Shown: positions 45,769 to 58,765, counted from the first letter of the stretch. The stretch: DNA of 64,000 bases from an uncultured delta proteobacterium (GCA_963727485.1 CAVSGM010000003.1:512001-576000), one strand, 5' to 3'. The notes: generated by a model from the letters alone, not told the origin. Numbers and translations are program-made.

Positions 45769-45800
45769 GGGACTCACCATAGTGCTTCCCGGCCCCGGCG

Positions 45801-46893
45801 TCAGGCCCCGGCGTCACCGGCGGGGATCCCGGCGAGGGCGAGGACCTTCCGGGCCAGGGTCGAGAGGGGCACGGCGTCGACGCCGCCTCGGGGATCCAGC
45901 GCCGCGCCTCGTAGCAGCCGGCCTCGGTGGGCGGCCCCCGGCGGCGGGGGGCGACCTCGAGGGCGAAGACCTCGAGCTTCAGCTCGATGTGGGTGAACAC
46001 GTGGGTCACCGTGCCCAGGCGGCGGCCGGCGCGGGCGGCGGCCTCGGGGACCCGGGGCGGCTCCCAGAGGCCCCCGAGGAGGCCCGTGGCCGGGCGCCGG
46101 GCGAGGAGGACCCGATCCGCCCGGGTGGCCACGGCGCAGAAGGCCCGCTCCCGCCGGCGCCGGGGGCGGCGGGCCACCTGGGGGAGCTCGGCCTCGCGGC
46201 CCTGGCGCCGGGCGAGGCAGGACGCCGACACCGGGCACAGGAGGCAGGCGGGGCCGGTGGGGGTGCACACGGTGGCGCCGAGCTCCATCAGGGCCTGGTT
46301 CAGCGCCGAGGGATCGCCCCCGGTCTCGACCAGGGCCCCGGCCCGGGCCCAGAGGGCGGCCTTCACCGGCTCCGGACGCCGGATCGCCCTCGAGGGCGTC
46401 GAGGCGCGAGAGGACGCGGATGACGTTCCCGTCGACCAGCGGGCACCGGGTCGCCGAAGGCGATGGAGCGGATGGCCCCGAGGGTGTAGGGGCCGACACC
46501 CGGGAGGGCGGCGAGGGCCGCCGGGTCCCGGGGGACCACGCCGCGGTGATCCCGGGCCACCGCCTGGGCGGCCCGGTGGAGGTTGCGGCACCGGGCGTAG
46601 TAGCCCAGGCCCGACCAGTGGCCGAGGACCGTCTCCAGGTCGGCGGCGGCGAGGTCGGCGACGGTGGGGAAGGCGGCCATCCACCGGTGGTAGTAGGGCA
46701 CCACCGTGGCCACCTGGGTCTGCTGGAGCATGATTTCGCTGACCCAGACACCGGTAGGGCCCGGTGACCGGGTCGGCGGCGTCCCGGCGCCAGGGGAGGT
46801 CCCGGGCGTGGCCGGCGGTACCAGCGGACCAGTGGCGGCGGCGCAGGGCGTCGGCGGCGGCGGGGGCCTCTGCCGGACCGGCGGCCGGGTCAC
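45801..46893 (-). CDS. mutY: A/G-specific adenine glycosylase; frameshifted
   Basis: [51 protein letters not shown] and CX6CX2CX5C Fe-S motif. Confidence 0.92.
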
Positions 46894-48496
46894 CGGCCCT
46901 CGCCGTCGAGCCAGCGGCGCACCTCGTCGCCCACCGCGTAGGTGGTGGGGAGGCGTGGTTCCGTCGACCAGGCGGCAGGTGCCCTGGAGGTCCATCTCGT
47001 ACCCGGCGGCGATGGCGCTCGCGGTCGGCGACCAGCTTCGTGCAGCGCGCTGACCAGGGCGTCCACGTCGGCCCCGGTGGAGTAGACGCCCAGCGAGGCC
47101 CGGACAGCCCCGGGGACGTGGCGCCGGTCGTGGGCCTTCATCTCCGCGCCGGTAGCTGACCTCGGTGCCGGGGTCCACGTGGAGCAGGCGCTTGACGTAG
47201 GGGTGGGCGCAGAAGCACTCGTTGCGCACCGCGATGTCGTGGAAGTCGTTGAGGTAGTGGGCGACCACCGCGTGGTGGAGACCGTCGACGTTGAAGGAGA
47301 CCACGCCGGCGCGGGGCACGGCGTCGAGGTCGGTGCTCCCGTAGACGGTGACGCCCGTCGATGGCGTCGAGCCCCTCGACCAGCCGGCGCACCAGAGCCC
47401 GCCTCGGCCTCGGCGACGGTGTCCATGCCGATGGCCATCAGGGTCTCGGCCACCAGGCCCATGGCGATGGAGCCGAGGATGTTCGGGGTCCCGGCCTCCT
47501 CGCGGGCGGTGACCTGGTCCTTGATCTCGAAGTCCTCGAGGCTCACGTACTCGACCATGCCCCCGCCGACGTCGGTGACGCAGTGGCGGCCGGTGAGGGT
47601 CTGGAGGTTGCCGATGAGGGCGCCGCGGCTCCCCGGGGCGTAGAGCTTGTGGCCCGAGAGCACCAGGTAGTCGAGGCACTCGGCGGCGTCGCCCGGGTGC
47701 ATGTCCACCGGATCGTGGGGCACCCACTGGGCGCCGTCGGCGAGGATCTGGGCGCCGGCGCGCGTGGGCCATCCGGGCGATGCGCGTGGACCGGGTTGTT
47801 GATCCCGGTGACGTTGGAGACGCCGGTGACCGCCACCAGCCGCACCCGCTGGCCCTCCTCGGCGAGGATGCGCTCGAGGTGGGCGAGGTCGAGGGCGCCG
47901 GTGGCGGGATCGATGTCCGACCGCGCGGACGTTGTGGTGGCCCACCGCCTCCATCCAGGGCAGGAGGTTGGAGTGGTGCTCCATCACCGTGGTGACCACC
48001 AGCGGCCGGGCGAGGAGCTCGTCGATGGCCTGGCGGCGCCGCCGGGCCGCAGCGCGGTCTTGAAGGCCTCGACCACCTCGGCGGGGGCGCCCTCGGGGAA
48101 GCGCTTGACCAGCGAGCGGCATCTCCGGCGGGAACAGGGCCCGGGCGAGGAAGTTGATGGCCCCGGTGGCGCCGTTGCCGGTGAACAGACACGACGTCGG
48201 TGTCCGGGCGTGTAGCCGACCAGGCGCCCGATGGCGTCGCGGCTCTCCTCGATGGCGCGGGTGGTGTCGCGGCCGGCGCGGTGGGCCACGGTGTGGCTGT
48301 TGGCGCTCGCCGCCTCGAGGTAGCGCTCGAGGCTCTCCCACACCATCGCGGGGCATCAGCGCGGTGGCGGTGGTGTCGAGGTAGACCCGGCGTCGCTCGC
48401 ACGCGTGTCGCCGCCCGGGCCCACCACGGGGTCCCGGCGGTCGAGCCCGATGAAGTCCCGGGCGAAGCGGTCGAGGAGGGCGCGGCGCGTGTCCAT
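46890..48496 (-). CDS. Class V aminotransferase, SufS/CsdA-like cysteine desulfurase; frameshifted
   Basis: [32 protein letters not shown] (PLP Lys), [16 protein letters not shown]. Confidence 0.85.
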
Positions 48497-48538
48497 GGGC
48501 TTGCCTCCGAGGCCCGGGCAACCTACACCCGAACGCCG

Positions 48539-51238
48539 ATGGAGACCACGGGCGCCGCGCGGACCCTCGCCGAGGACGTCCGCGCCCTGGGAGACCTCCT
48601 CGGCGAGACCCTCGCCGCCCACGGGGGCGAGGGGCTGCTCGCCGACGTGGAGGAGATGCGCCTGGCCGCCAAGAGCGCCCGGGAGGCCGGGGACGAGGCG
48701 ACCCGCGAGGCGGCCCGGGCCGAGCTCGCCGAGGTGGCCGCCCGCCTCGACGCCTCGCAGGGCCGGCGAGGTGGTGCGCGCCTTCGGCCTCTACTTCCAG
48801 CTGGTCAACCTCGCCGAGGACGTGGCGCGCACCCGGGTCGCTGCGCGCAGCGCGAGGCCGAGGGGCCCGAGGCGGTGGACGAGTCGCTGGCCGCCTGCGT
48901 CGCCGAGCTCCACGCCCGCGGCGCCACCCGGCGACGAGGTCCTCGCCGCCCTCGGCGACCTCCACCTGCGCTTCGTGTTCACCGCCCACCCCACCGAGGC
49001 CAGGCGGCGCACCACCGAGCGGCTCCTGGCGCTGGCGCGCCGGGCCCTGGTGGACCTCGACCGGCGGCGGCTGACCCCCTGGGAGGACCGAGGCGACGCG
49101 CCGGCGCCTCCGGGCGGCGGTGGAGGCCCTGTGGGAGCACGCCGACGAGCGCCACCGCCCCCCGGAGGTCCTCGACGAGGTGCGCACCGGCCTCTGGTAC
49201 TTCGAAACCGTCCTCCTCGACGCCCTCCCGGATCTCCAGCGGCGCCTCGCCGCCGCCGTCGCCGGGCGCTACGGCGAGGTGGACCCGGCCCGCCTCCCGC
49301 TCCCGGTGGGCTTCGGCTCGTGGATGGGCGGCGACCGGGACGGAAACCCCTTCGTCGACGCGGACACCACCGAGGCGGCCCTGCGCCTCCACCGGCGCCT
49401 GGTCCTCGGGCGCTACCTCGACGACCTGGCGGCGCTCGCCGATCCCCTCGCCGCCGCTTCGGCCCGGCTCCCGGCGTCCCGGTCGCTCGACGCCGCCCTC
49501 GACCGCAACCGCCGCGCCCTCGGCGACGCCGCCGCCGCCCTCGGGGCCCGGAACCCCGCCGAGCCCCTGCGCCGGCTCCTCACCTTCATGCGCGCGCGCC
49601 TGGACCGGGCGCGCACCTTCGCCGCCGGGGCCTACCCGGGGCCCGAGGCCTTCCTCGCCGACCTCGACGCGGTGCGGGCCACCCTGCGCCGGGCCCGGGC
49701 GCAAGGCGCTGCCCGACGACGCCCTCCTCGACCTCATCCTCCGGGTGCGGGGCTTCGGCTTCGCCCTGGTGGCCCTCGACCTCCGGGAGGACGCCCGGGT
49801 CCACCGGCGGGTGGTCGCCGAGCTCCTCGGCGAGGCCGGGTACCTCGAGTGGGACGACGCGAGGCGCCGGGAGGCCCTCGCTGGCCCTGCGCCTCCCCGA
49901 CGATCCCGCCGGCCTCACCGACGAGGCCCGCCGGCTCCTCGCCCTCTTCGCGCAGCCTCGCCGACCAGCAGGCCCGCTACGGTCCGGCGGCGGTGAGCAC
50001 CTACGCCATCAGCCACTGCGAGTCGGTCACCGACGTCCTCGAGGTCCACCGCCTCGCCGCCCTCCACGGCGTCGACGCCGTGGACGTGGTGCCGCTCCTG
50101 GAGTCGAGCCACGCCCTGGCCACCGCCGGCGAGCTCCTCGGCGCGATCCTCGACGATCCGGCCTACCGGGCCCACGTGGCGCGGCGCGGGGATCTCCAGG
50201 AGGTCCTCCTCGGCTACTCCGACTCGGCGAAGGAGGCGGGGATCGCCGCCAGCCGGGTGGGGATCCTCGAGGCCCAGCTCGCCGCCGCCGGGGCCTGCGG
50301 CACCCGGGGGGTGCGCCTGCGCCTCTTCCACGGCCGCGGGGGCTCGGTGAGCCGGGGCGGCGGGCCCACCCACCGGGCCCTCCGCGCCCTGCCCCGGGGG
50401 GCGTTCTCCGGCGACCTGAAGGTCACCGAGCAGGGCGAGACCCGGGCCTTCCACTTCGGCGACCCGGGCCTCGCCAGCCGCTACCTCGAGCGCACCGTGG
50501 GCGCGGCGCTGGTGGTCCGCTTCGAGGCGCGCACCGGCGCCGGCACCGGCCCCACCGCCGGCGAGCCCCACCTCCTGGCCCTCGCCGCCGCCAGCCGCGC
50601 CGCGTTTCGCCGCCTGGTCGAGGCCGAGGGCTTCGTCGCGTTCTTCCGGGAGGCGACGCCGCTGGCCGAGAATCGCCGCCCTCAACATCGGCAGCCGCCC
50701 GGCCCGGCGCGGGGGCGACCGGGCGCTGGACAACCTGCGCGCCATCCCCTGGGTCTTCGCCTGGAGCCAGTCGCGGCTCCTGGTCCCCGCCTGGTTCGGG
50801 GTGGGCGCCGGCCTCGAGGCCCTCGCCGCCGGCGACGGAGGCCTCGCGGCCCTCACCGGCCTCTACGCCCGCAGCCCCTTCTTCCAGGACCTGATGGACA
50901 ACGTCCACATGGCGCTGGCCAAGACCGACGTCCCCATCGCCACCCGCTACGCCGCCCTCTGCCCCGACCCCGACCGCCGCCAGCGGATCTTCGGCGCCAT
51001 CCTCGAGGAGCACGCCCGCACCGTGCGCCTGGTCCTCGCGGTCACCGGCCAGGCCGAGCTCCTGGGCGAGGATCCGGTGGTGCAGCGCTCGGTGCGCCTG
51101 CGCAACCCCTATGTCGATCCGCTCTCCTACCTCCAGGTGGAGGCCCTGCGCCGGAGCCGCGCCGGGGACGCGGCCTTCGCGGCGGTGGCGCGCAGCGCGG
51201 TGCGGGGGATCGCCGGGGGCCTGCGGAACACCGGGTGA
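48539..51238 (+). CDS. ppc: Phosphoenolpyruvate carboxylase; several frameshifts
   Basis: VFTAHPTE, GSWMGGDRDGNP, GYSDSAK, FHGRGGSVSRGGGP, TEQGE, LRAIPW, LRNPY, GLRNTG C-terminus. Confidence 0.93.
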
Positions 51239-51289
51239 GGGCCCGGGGCCGGTGGAGCCCGGGGCCGCCGGTGGGGTAGCCTCTCGGGG

Positions 51290-52468
51290 ATGGCCCGCCC
51301 GACCCTCCGCCAATCCGCCGTCGTCGCCGGCGCCGTGCTCCTCGCCCTGGCCGGGGCCGGGGCCGCCCCCGCCGCCGACCCCCCGCCGCCGCGGACCCCG
51401 GCGGGCCTCCTCTCGGCCCTGGCCCAGTGCCGGGCCAACGAGGACTACGCCTGCGTCGACCGGCTCCTCACCGGCAGCGAGCTCATCACCCGCGTCGCCC
51501 GGGCGAAGCTCCGGGCCCCGGGCGGAGCCTCGGACCCGGATTTCCTCCCGGCCCTCCTCGCCAACGCCGACGCCGGGGGCCGTCGCCGCTTCCTCACCCT
51601 CCTCAAGGGGCCCCTGGACCAGTGCGACATGGCCCTGTCGCTGGCCGCAGAGGCCCTGTGCCACGTCCAGGGCCAGGGGCGAAGGGCGCCCCCGGAGCGC
51701 GACGTCGCCGGCCTCCCGGCCAAGGCCCGCGCCGCCCTCGAAGGCCTCGACCGCCACCTCGGCGCCGGGCTGCGCCACCGCCGGGTGCGGCGCCTGGTCT
51801 GCGGCCCCTACGCCGACCTCTCCGGGACCTTCCGCTTCGCCGCGGCCACCCTGGTCCTCGCCGATTGCCCGGGGACCGGGCCCACGATCCTCGACCTGGC
51901 CTGCCACACCCTGAACGCCGGCGGGCCCACCCACCGGACGCCGGTGCCCCTGGCCAAGGTGGTCGAGGCGCCGGACTCGGAGGCGGTGGTCGCCGCCGTC
52001 GACCGGGGGCTGCACTGCCTCGAGGACGGCGGGCGCGGCTGCCTCGACGCCGTCGCGCCCTTCGGCCGGCTCCTCCACGCCTGGCTGGTCAGCGCCCTCG
52101 ACGCCGACCGCGCCGACCGGGAGGCCGCCCTCACCCGGGCCCGGGGCCTGGTCGCCGGTGATCCCGGCGATCGCGCCAGCTTCCTCCTCCACCAGCTCCA
52201 GGTCCGCTGCGGTGACCTCACCCGCCTCACCGCCGGCGACTGCCGGGCCGGCGCCGCCACCCCCGCGCCCGCGGCGCCCCCCCTGCCCCGGCGCCTCGGC
52301 CCCTCCGAGGCCGCCCGGGCCCGGGCCCTCGAGGCGCTCGCCGGCGCCCGGGCCCCCACCGGCCCCCTGGAGGTCCGCCACCTCGCCTGCGGGGACCTCC
52401 GGGCCACGGTGACCCTGGTCCGCCCCACAGGTGGCCTCCCGGCGCTCGTCGATCTCACCTGTCGCTAG
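51290..52468 (+). CDS. Secreted hypothetical protein with a duplicated Cys-containing domain
   Basis: Signal peptide; two copies of CX7C...VRxLxCG...DLxC. Confidence 0.65.
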   Translation: MARPTLRQSAVVAGAVLLALAGAGAAPAADPPPPRTPAGLLSALAQCRANEDYACVDRLLTGSELITRVARAKLRAPGGASDPDFLPALLANADAGGRRRFLTLLKGPLDQCDMALSLAAEALCHVQGQGRRAPPERDVAGLPAKARAALEGLDRHLGAGLRHRRVRRLVCGPYADLSGTFRFAAATLVLADCPGTGPTILDLACHTLNAGGPTHRTPVPLAKVVEAPDSEAVVAAVDRGLHCLEDGGRGCLDAVAPFGRLLHAWLVSALDADRADREAALTRARGLVAGDPGDRASFLLHQLQVRCGDLTRLTAGDCRAGAATPAPAAPPLPRRLGPSEAARARALEALAGARAPTGPLEVRHLACGDLRATVTLVRPTGGLPALVDLTCR

Positions 52469-52507
52469 AGGCGCCCGGCGCCGCGCACCCCCAGGAGGCC
52501 GGCCGCC

Positions 52508-53342
52508 TCACCCGAGGACGTGGTGCCGGTGGCTCGGGATCTCCCCGCGCACCGCCTCGAGCCACGCCGGGTCGACCTCGGCCAGCGCCAGCCCCTCGGC
52601 GCGGTCCGGCGCCCGGGCGAGGACCTTCCCCCAGGGGTCCGCGACCAGGGCGTTGCCGTAGGTCACCCGCTTCTCCGAGTGGCGCCCGAACTGCGCCGGC
52701 GCCGCCACGTAGCACCCGTTCTCGATGGCCCGGGCCCGGAGCAGCACCTCCCAGTGGTCCTTGCCGGTGTGGAGGGTGAAGGCCGCCGGGACCCAGAGGA
52801 GCCGGGCGCCGGCGCGCTCGAGGCGCTGGTAGAGCTCGGGGAAGCGCAGGTCGTAGCAGACGGTGAGGCCGTGGGTGACGCCGGCGGCCTCGCCGGTGAC
52901 GACCTCGGTGCCGGGGGCGATGTGCCCACTCTCCCGGTAGACCGAGCCGTCGGCGAGGTCCACGTCGAAGAGGTGGATTTTCCGGTACACCGCCCGGAGC
53001 TCGCCCTCGGCGTCGACGAGGACCGAGGTGTTGTGGACCCGCGCCGGATCGGCGGTGCGCTCCGGGAAGGTCCCCCCGGAGGATCACCAGCCCCGTCTCC
53101 CGGGCGAGCGCCCGCAGCCTCGCCACCGTGGGGCCCTCGAGGTCCTCGGCGAGGCCGGGTTTGTCCCCCTCGGGGCCCATGTAGCTGAAGTTCTCCGGGA
53201 GCCCGGCGACGGCGGCGCCCCGGGCCCGGGCGGCCCGGAGGAGGTCCGCGGCCCGATTGAGGTCGCGGCCCATGTCGGGCCCCGAGGACATCTGGATGGC
53301 GGCGACGACGATGGGGCTTGCGGTGTCCGGCTTCTGGGGCAT
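52508..53342 (-). CDS. Carbon-nitrogen hydrolase (Nit1-like deaminated glutathione amidase); frameshift near 53080
   Basis: LPENF, YRKIHLFD, VCYDLRFPE triad motifs, RARAIEN. Confidence 0.9.
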
Positions 53343-53395
53343 GATTCCCTCCTCCCCCGTGGTTATAGAGGAGGCCGGCCGAAGGGCCAGAGGTC

Positions 53396-53424
53396 TTGCG
53401 ACCTCCGGGGGGGCGTGGTAGAGA
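53396..53424 (+). promoter_or_regulatory. Promoter of the rimP-nusA-infB operon
   Basis: TTGCGA-17 nt-TAGAGA with TG extension. Confidence 0.5.
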
Positions 53425-53451
53425 CACCCTGCATTTTCGGTAGGTTGTTCC

Positions 53452-53486
53452 GAAAGTGGGCGCGGTCCGGCCCGCTTTTCTTTTTT
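53452..53486 (+). promoter_or_regulatory. rimP-leader-like terminator/attenuator hairpin
   Basis: AAAGTGGGC-loop-GCCCGCTTT followed by TCTTTTTT, about 15 nt before rimP ATG. Confidence 0.7.
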
Positions 53487-53500
53487 CTGTACGCGAGCTT

Positions 53501-53998
53501 ATGTCCAAGCAGACCCGAGAGGTGGAACGACGTGTCTGGGCCCTCCTCGAGCCAGTGATGGCCGTGGACGGGTATGAGCTCGTGGAAGTCGAGTACGTCT
53601 TCGAGGAAGGTCGGGCGGTCCTGCGCATCTACATCGACAAGTCAGAGGGCGCGATCACCCTGGCGGACACCACCGCGGTGACCCACCTGGTGGACCCGGT
53701 CCTCGACGTCGAGGATCCCATCGACCACGCCTACACCCTCGAGGTGTCGAGCCCGGGGCTCGACCGGCCCCTGCGCAAGCCCGAGCACTTCTCGCGCTTC
53801 GCCGGGGAGCAGGTGCGCATCCGCACCGAGAAGAAGCTCGAAGAGGCCGGCAACCGCCGGAACTTCAACGGAATCCTGAAGGGTTACCACGACGGACTGG
53901 TGACGGTCGACGTGGACGGGACCCTCTTTGACGTACCCCACGCGGCCATCATCCGGGCCACCGTGGCGTACCAGTTCGACGAGGAGCACCAGCGATGA
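53501..53998 (+). CDS. rimP: Ribosome maturation factor RimP
   Basis: [28 protein letters not shown]. Confidence 0.95.
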   Translation: MSKQTREVERRVWALLEPVMAVDGYELVEVEYVFEEGRAVLRIYIDKSEGAITLADTTAVTHLVDPVLDVEDPIDHAYTLEVSSPGLDRPLRKPEHFSRFAGEQVRIRTEKKLEEAGNRRNFNGILKGYHDGLVTVDVDGTLFDVPHAAIIRATVAYQFDEEHQR

Positions 53999-54015
53999 CG
54001 CCGGGCGGAGTAAAC

Positions 54016-55728
54016 ATGAACCTGATCCTCGATCAGGTCGCCAAGGAGAAGGGCGTCGAGCGGGGCGTCCTGGTGGAGACCCTGGAGCAGGCGATCCGGA
54101 CCGCCGCCCTCAAGACCTTCGGGCTCGATCGCGAGATCGAGGCCCAGTACAACGAGGACAAGGGCGTCGTCGAGGTCTTCCAGGCCCTCACCGTGGCCGC
54201 CGAGGTCACCGACCCGGTGAACCAGATCACGGTACAGGAGGCCCAGGAGAAGGGCATCGACGCCGAGCCCGGTGACGAGCTCCTCTTCCAGATCTTCTAC
54301 CGCGAGGAAGACAACGAGGAGGCCCGGATCCAGGACGAGCGCTACGGCGACATCCTCAAGATCCAGACCCACCGCCGTGCCTTCGGTCGCATCGCCGCCC
54401 AGACCGCCAAGCAGGTCATCATCCAGCGGGTGCGCGACGCCGAGCGCGAGAACGTCTTCCAGCAGTTCCGCGACTACCAGGGCACGCTGATGACCGGCGT
54501 GGTGCGCCGCTTCGAGCGGGGCAACATCGTGGTCGAGATCGACCGGATCGGGAACAACACCGCCGAGGCGGTGCTCCCGGTCCGCGAGCAGGTGCCCCGG
54601 GAGAGCTACCGCGCCGGCGACCGCATCCAGGCCTTCGTCCTGGAGGTGCTCCGGGAGGCCAAGGGCCCCCAGATCATCCTCTCGCGGGCCAGCGAGCACC
54701 TCCTGGTGAAGCTCTTCGAGATGGAGGTCCCCGAGATTTACGAGGGGATCGTCTCCATCGTCCGCGCCGCCCGCGAGCCCGGGGGCCGGGCCAAGATCGC
54801 CGTGGCCAGCCGCGACGCCCAGGTCGACCCCGTCGGGGCCTGCGTGGGCATGAAGGGCAGCCGGGTCCAGGCGGTGGTCCAGGAGCTCCGGGGCGAGAAG
54901 ATCGACATCGTCCCCTACGACGAGGATCCCGCGCGCTTCGTCTGCGCCGCCCTGGCGCCCGCCGAGGTCACCCGGGTGCTCATCGACGAGGCCAACCGGG
55001 CGATGGAGATCATCTGCCCCGACGACCAGCTCTCGCTGGCCATCGGCCGCAAGGGCCAGAACGTGCGCCTGGCGGCGAAGCTCACCGGGTGGAAGCTCGA
55101 CATCAACTCGGAGACCCGCGCCGAGGAGATGCGCGACTTCGCCGACGAGTCCCTGGGGGCCGTCGCCGGGGTGGATCCCGAGCTCATCGAGGTCCTCTAC
55201 GCCCACGGCTTCCGCCGCTCCTCGGACATCGCCGACGCCAACTCCGAGGTGCTCGAGCAGATCCCCGGGGTGAAGCCGGAGATGGTCGAGCAGATGCAGG
55301 CGACCGCCCGGGAGCAGGCCATCAAGGACGCGGCCCGGGAGGCCGAGCTCGAGCGCGAGCGCGAGGAGGCCCGCCAGCGCGAGCTGCGGCGCCACCCCGA
55401 CGAGCTCAACCAGAAGGAGCGCATGACCCGGGTGCGCGGCATCGGCGACCGGACCATCGACCAGCTCTCCCAGGGCGGGTACAACACCGTCGAGGATTCG
55501 GTGAACGAGGCCGACCCCATCAAGCTCGGCGAGTCCACCGGGGTGGGCCTGAAGAAGGCGCGGCAGCTGAAGACCGCCGCCGCCAACTACATCGAGGAAG
55601 AGAAGCGGCTGCGCGAGGAGCTCGACGCCGAGAAGGCGGCGGGCGGCGGGGCCGCCACAGGGACCGAGGCACCCGAGGCAGCCGCCCCGGAGGCGCCCGC
55701 GGCGGAGGCCGCGGATCAGCCGGTGTAG
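54016..55728 (+). CDS. nusA: Transcription elongation factor NusA with C-terminal HhH domains
   Basis: [51 protein letters not shown] before ATG 54016 (alternative start 53995). Confidence 0.96.
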   Translation: MNLILDQVAKEKGVERGVLVETLEQAIRTAALKTFGLDREIEAQYNEDKGVVEVFQALTVAAEVTDPVNQITVQEAQEKGIDAEPGDELLFQIFYREEDNEEARIQDERYGDILKIQTHRRAFGRIAAQTAKQVIIQRVRDAERENVFQQFRDYQGTLMTGVVRRFERGNIVVEIDRIGNNTAEAVLPVREQVPRESYRAGDRIQAFVLEVLREAKGPQIILSRASEHLLVKLFEMEVPEIYEGIVSIVRAAREPGGRAKIAVASRDAQVDPVGACVGMKGSRVQAVVQELRGEKIDIVPYDEDPARFVCAALAPAEVTRVLIDEANRAMEIICPDDQLSLAIGRKGQNVRLAAKLTGWKLDINSETRAEEMRDFADESLGAVAGVDPELIEVLYAHGFRRSSDIADANSEVLEQIPGVKPEMVEQMQATAREQAIKDAAREAELEREREEARQRELRRHPDELNQKERMTRVRGIGDRTIDQLSQGGYNTVEDSVNEADPIKLGESTGVGLKKARQLKTAAANYIEEEKRLREELDAEKAAGGGAATGTEAPEAAAPEAPAAEAADQPV

Positions 55729-55741
55729 GGGGACGCCCACC

Positions 55742-56029
55742 TTGGGCCCCTCCCTTCGAACCTGCATTGGCTGCAATCACAAGGACTTGAAGAAGAAGCT
55801 GTTGAGACTCGTTCGTGACACAGACGGAGCCATCCACGTCGACCCCGGGGCACGCCTCCCCGGTCGCGGCGCCTACGTGCACCCCCGCACGCGGTGCCTC
55901 GACCCGGGACTCACGGCGGCCCGGCTCGCCCGCGCCTTCCGGGGCCGGGTGTCGGTCGGCGAGGGGCTCGTGGACGCGGCGCGGGACGCCGCGGCGATTG
56001 CGTTGACGGACGGACAGCAGGACGGGTGA
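55742..56029 (+). CDS. ylxR: YlxR/DUF448 RNA-binding protein
   Basis: RTCIGC, LLRLV, PGRGAYVH, LARAF; lies between nusA and infB. Confidence 0.85.
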   Translation: MGPSLRTCIGCNHKDLKKKLLRLVRDTDGAIHVDPGARLPGRGAYVHPRTRCLDPGLTAARLARAFRGRVSVGEGLVDAARDAAAIALTDGQQDG

Positions 56030-56035
56030 CGAGAG

Positions 56036-58726
56036 ATGGCGAAGAAGCGCGTCTACGAGATGGCCAAGGAGCTGGGCCTCTCCAACAAGGAAGTGGTCGA
56101 CAAGCTCCAGGCACTGGGGTTCGACGTGAAGTCGCACTCCTCGAGCCTGGAAGACGTCGAGGCCGATGCGGCGATGTCCCGGATCCGCGGTGAGACCGCC
56201 GAGCCGGAGGCGCCGAAGAAGGTCGCGGCGCCGGCGGGCGTGGTCCGCCGTCGCCGGAAGAAGACCGCCGGCGACACCGAGGTGGTGACCGAGACCCGGA
56301 TCGTCCCCGGGGCCCCCCAGGCCCAGGAGGAGGTCGTCCGGACCACCGAGCAGCCGGTGGCCCCCGAGCCCGAGGAGGTGCCCGCCGAGGTCGCCGCCGA
56401 GGGGATTGAGGCCGAGGCCGCCGCCGAGGGCGAGGCCGCCGGTGTCGAGGCCGCCGCCGAGGGCGAGACCCCGGCCGTCGCCGCCGAGGGCGAGTCCCAG
56501 GCCGCCGCCAGCGCCGAGGCCGGCACCAACGGCGGGGCCGCCGCCAAGAGCGACCCGAACCTCCCCGCCGTCAACGAGGGCGAGGTGGTCAGCGTCGAAG
56601 ATCGGCTCAAGGAGCCCACGGCCACCCAGGCGGTGGTCATCAGCCGGCCCCTGATCCCGGTGGCGCCCAAGGTCCCGCCGGCGCCCCGGACCGCCGGTGG
56701 CCCCGGCCGGCGCATCGGGCCGGTCAAGGAGTACCAGGTGGTCTCCGACGCCCTCGGCCGCGGCCGGGAGTTCGTCGACGTCACCAAGGACAAGGGCAAG
56801 CGCAAGACCCCAGGCGGCGAGCGCCGCGCCAAGGAGGCCTTCAGCAAGCGCGAGCTGATGACCATGGCCCGCTCCCGGGCCTTCGTGCCCATGCGCGGCC
56901 GCAAGCGCCGGCCCACCAAGAAGGGCAAGAAGACCGAGGTCACCCAGGCGGCGGCCCACAAGCGGATCATCCGCGTCGAGGAGACCATCCAGGTCGCCGA
57001 GCTCGCCAAGGGCATGGGCGTGCGGCTCACCGACGTCATCCGCAAGCTGATGCAGCTCGGGGCGCCGGCGACGGCCAACCAGTCCATCGACGTGGAGACC
57101 GCGCAGCTGGTGGCCGACGAGTTCGAGTACACCGTGGTGAAGACCGGCATCGAGCTCGAGGACATCCTGGAGACCGCGCCCGAGGGCGAGGAGATCGAGG
57201 GCGGCGAGTCGCGGCCGGCGGTGGTCACCGTCATGGGCCACGTCGACCACGGCAAGACCTCGCTCCTCGACTACATCCGCAAGAGCCGGGTGGCGTCGGG
57301 CGAGGCCGGGGGCATCACCCAGCACATCGGCGCCTACAGCGTGCCGGTGGGCGAGGGGAGCATCACCTTCCTCGACACCCCGGGCCACGAGGCGTTCACC
57401 GCGATGCGCGCCCGCGGGGCCCAGGTCACCGACGTGGTGATCCTGGTCGTCGCCGCCGACGACTCGATCATGCCCCAGACCGTCGAGGCCATCAATCACG
57501 CCAAGGAGGCGGGGGTGCCCCTGGTGGTCGCGGTCAACAAGTGCGACCTCCCCCAGGCGAACCCCGAGCGGGTGCGCCAGGGCCTCACCGAGCACGGCCT
57601 CGTCCCCGAGGAGTGGGGCGGCGACGTGATGGTGGTCGACGTCTCGGCCAAGAGCGGCGAGGGCGTGGACAAGCTGCTGGACGCCGTGAACCTCCAGGCC
57701 GAGGTCCTCGAGCTCAAGGCCAACCCCGAGGCGCCGGCCCAGGGCGTGGTCATCGAGGCCAAGGTCGAGAAGGGCCGCGGGCCGGTGGCCAGCGTCCTGG
57801 TGAAGAACGGCACCCTCCACAAGGGCGACGTGATCTTCACCGGCACCCACTACGGCAAGATCCGCGCGCTCCTCGACGACACCGGCAAGCCCATCAAGGA
57901 CGTCGGTCCGGGGCTCCCGGCCGAGGTCCTCGGTCTCGACGGCGTGCCCTCGGCGGGGGACAAGTTCTACACCGCCAAGGACGAGAAGGCGGCCCGGGAG
58001 CTGGCGGCCAAGAACGCCGAGAAGGCCCACGTCGAGGGCCTCGGCGGCGACGCCGCCCTCGACAAGCGCATGAGCCTCGAGCAGCTGTTCTCCGCGATGA
58101 AGGAGTCGGAGCAGAAGGAGCTCAAGCTCATCGTCAAGGCCGACGTCCAGGGCTCCACCGAGGCGGTGATCGGCGCCCTGACCAAGCTGACCACCGAGAA
58201 GGTGAAGGTCACGGTCATCCACCAGGGCGTCGGGGCCATCTCCGAGTCCGACGTGATGCTCGCCGCCGCCTCCGGGGCGGTGATCGTGGGCTTCAACGTC
58301 AAGCCCGACGGCAAGGCCCGGAAGACCGCCGACCACGAGGGCGTGGATGTGCGCGCCTACAGCGTCATCTACGACGCGGTGGACGACGTGAAGGCCGCGA
58401 TGATTGGCCTGTTGCCCCCCATCCGCAAGGAGCAGTCGGTGGGCCACGCCGAGGTCCGGGAGGTCTTCCGGGTCAGCGGCAAGGGCACCATCGCCGGCTG
58501 CGCGGTGGTCGACGGCAAGGTGCAGCGCTCCGCCCACATCCGGGTGCTCCGCGACAAGGCCTCGGTCTTCGAGGGGCGGATCGACGGCCTCAAGCGGTTC
58601 AAGGAGGACGTCCGCGAGGTGCCCACCGGCATGGAGTGCGGCGTCAGCATCGCCGGCTTCAACGACGTGAAGGCCGGCGACGTCCTCGAGGTCTTCGACA
58701 TCGAGGAGGTGCGGCCCACCCTCTAG
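56036..58726 (+). CDS. infB: Translation initiation factor IF-2
   Basis: [47 protein letters not shown]. Confidence 0.98.
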   Translation: MAKKRVYEMAKELGLSNKEVVDKLQALGFDVKSHSSSLEDVEADAAMSRIRGETAEPEAPKKVAAPAGVVRRRRKKTAGDTEVVTETRIVPGAPQAQEEVVRTTEQPVAPEPEEVPAEVAAEGIEAEAAAEGEAAGVEAAAEGETPAVAAEGESQAAASAEAGTNGGAAAKSDPNLPAVNEGEVVSVEDRLKEPTATQAVVISRPLIPVAPKVPPAPRTAGGPGRRIGPVKEYQVVSDALGRGREFVDVTKDKGKRKTPGGERRAKEAFSKRELMTMARSRAFVPMRGRKRRPTKKGKKTEVTQAAAHKRIIRVEETIQVAELAKGMGVRLTDVIRKLMQLGAPATANQSIDVETAQLVADEFEYTVVKTGIELEDILETAPEGEEIEGGESRPAVVTVMGHVDHGKTSLLDYIRKSRVASGEAGGITQHIGAYSVPVGEGSITFLDTPGHEAFTAMRARGAQVTDVVILVVAADDSIMPQTVEAINHAKEAGVPLVVAVNKCDLPQANPERVRQGLTEHGLVPEEWGGDVMVVDVSAKSGEGVDKLLDAVNLQAEVLELKANPEAPAQGVVIEAKVEKGRGPVASVLVKNGTLHKGDVIFTGTHYGKIRALLDDTGKPIKDVGPGLPAEVLGLDGVPSAGDKFYTAKDEKAARELAAKNAEKAHVEGLGGDAALDKRMSLEQLFSAMKESEQKELKLIVKADVQGSTEAVIGALTKLTTEKVKVTVIHQGVGAISESDVMLAAASGAVIVGFNVKPDGKARKTADHEGVDVRAYSVIYDAVDDVKAAMIGLLPPIRKEQSVGHAEVREVFRVSGKGTIAGCAVVDGKVQRSAHIRVLRDKASVFEGRIDGLKRFKEDVREVPTGMECGVSIAGFNDVKAGDVLEVFDIEEVRPTL

Positions 58727-58765
58727 CAGGGGGCCGCATCGGCCCGGAACCCGGGCGCGTCTCCA

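Noticed and set aside
56390..56500. GCCGCCGAGGGCGAG tandem-like repeats
   Set aside because: Low-complexity AAEGE linker of IF-2.
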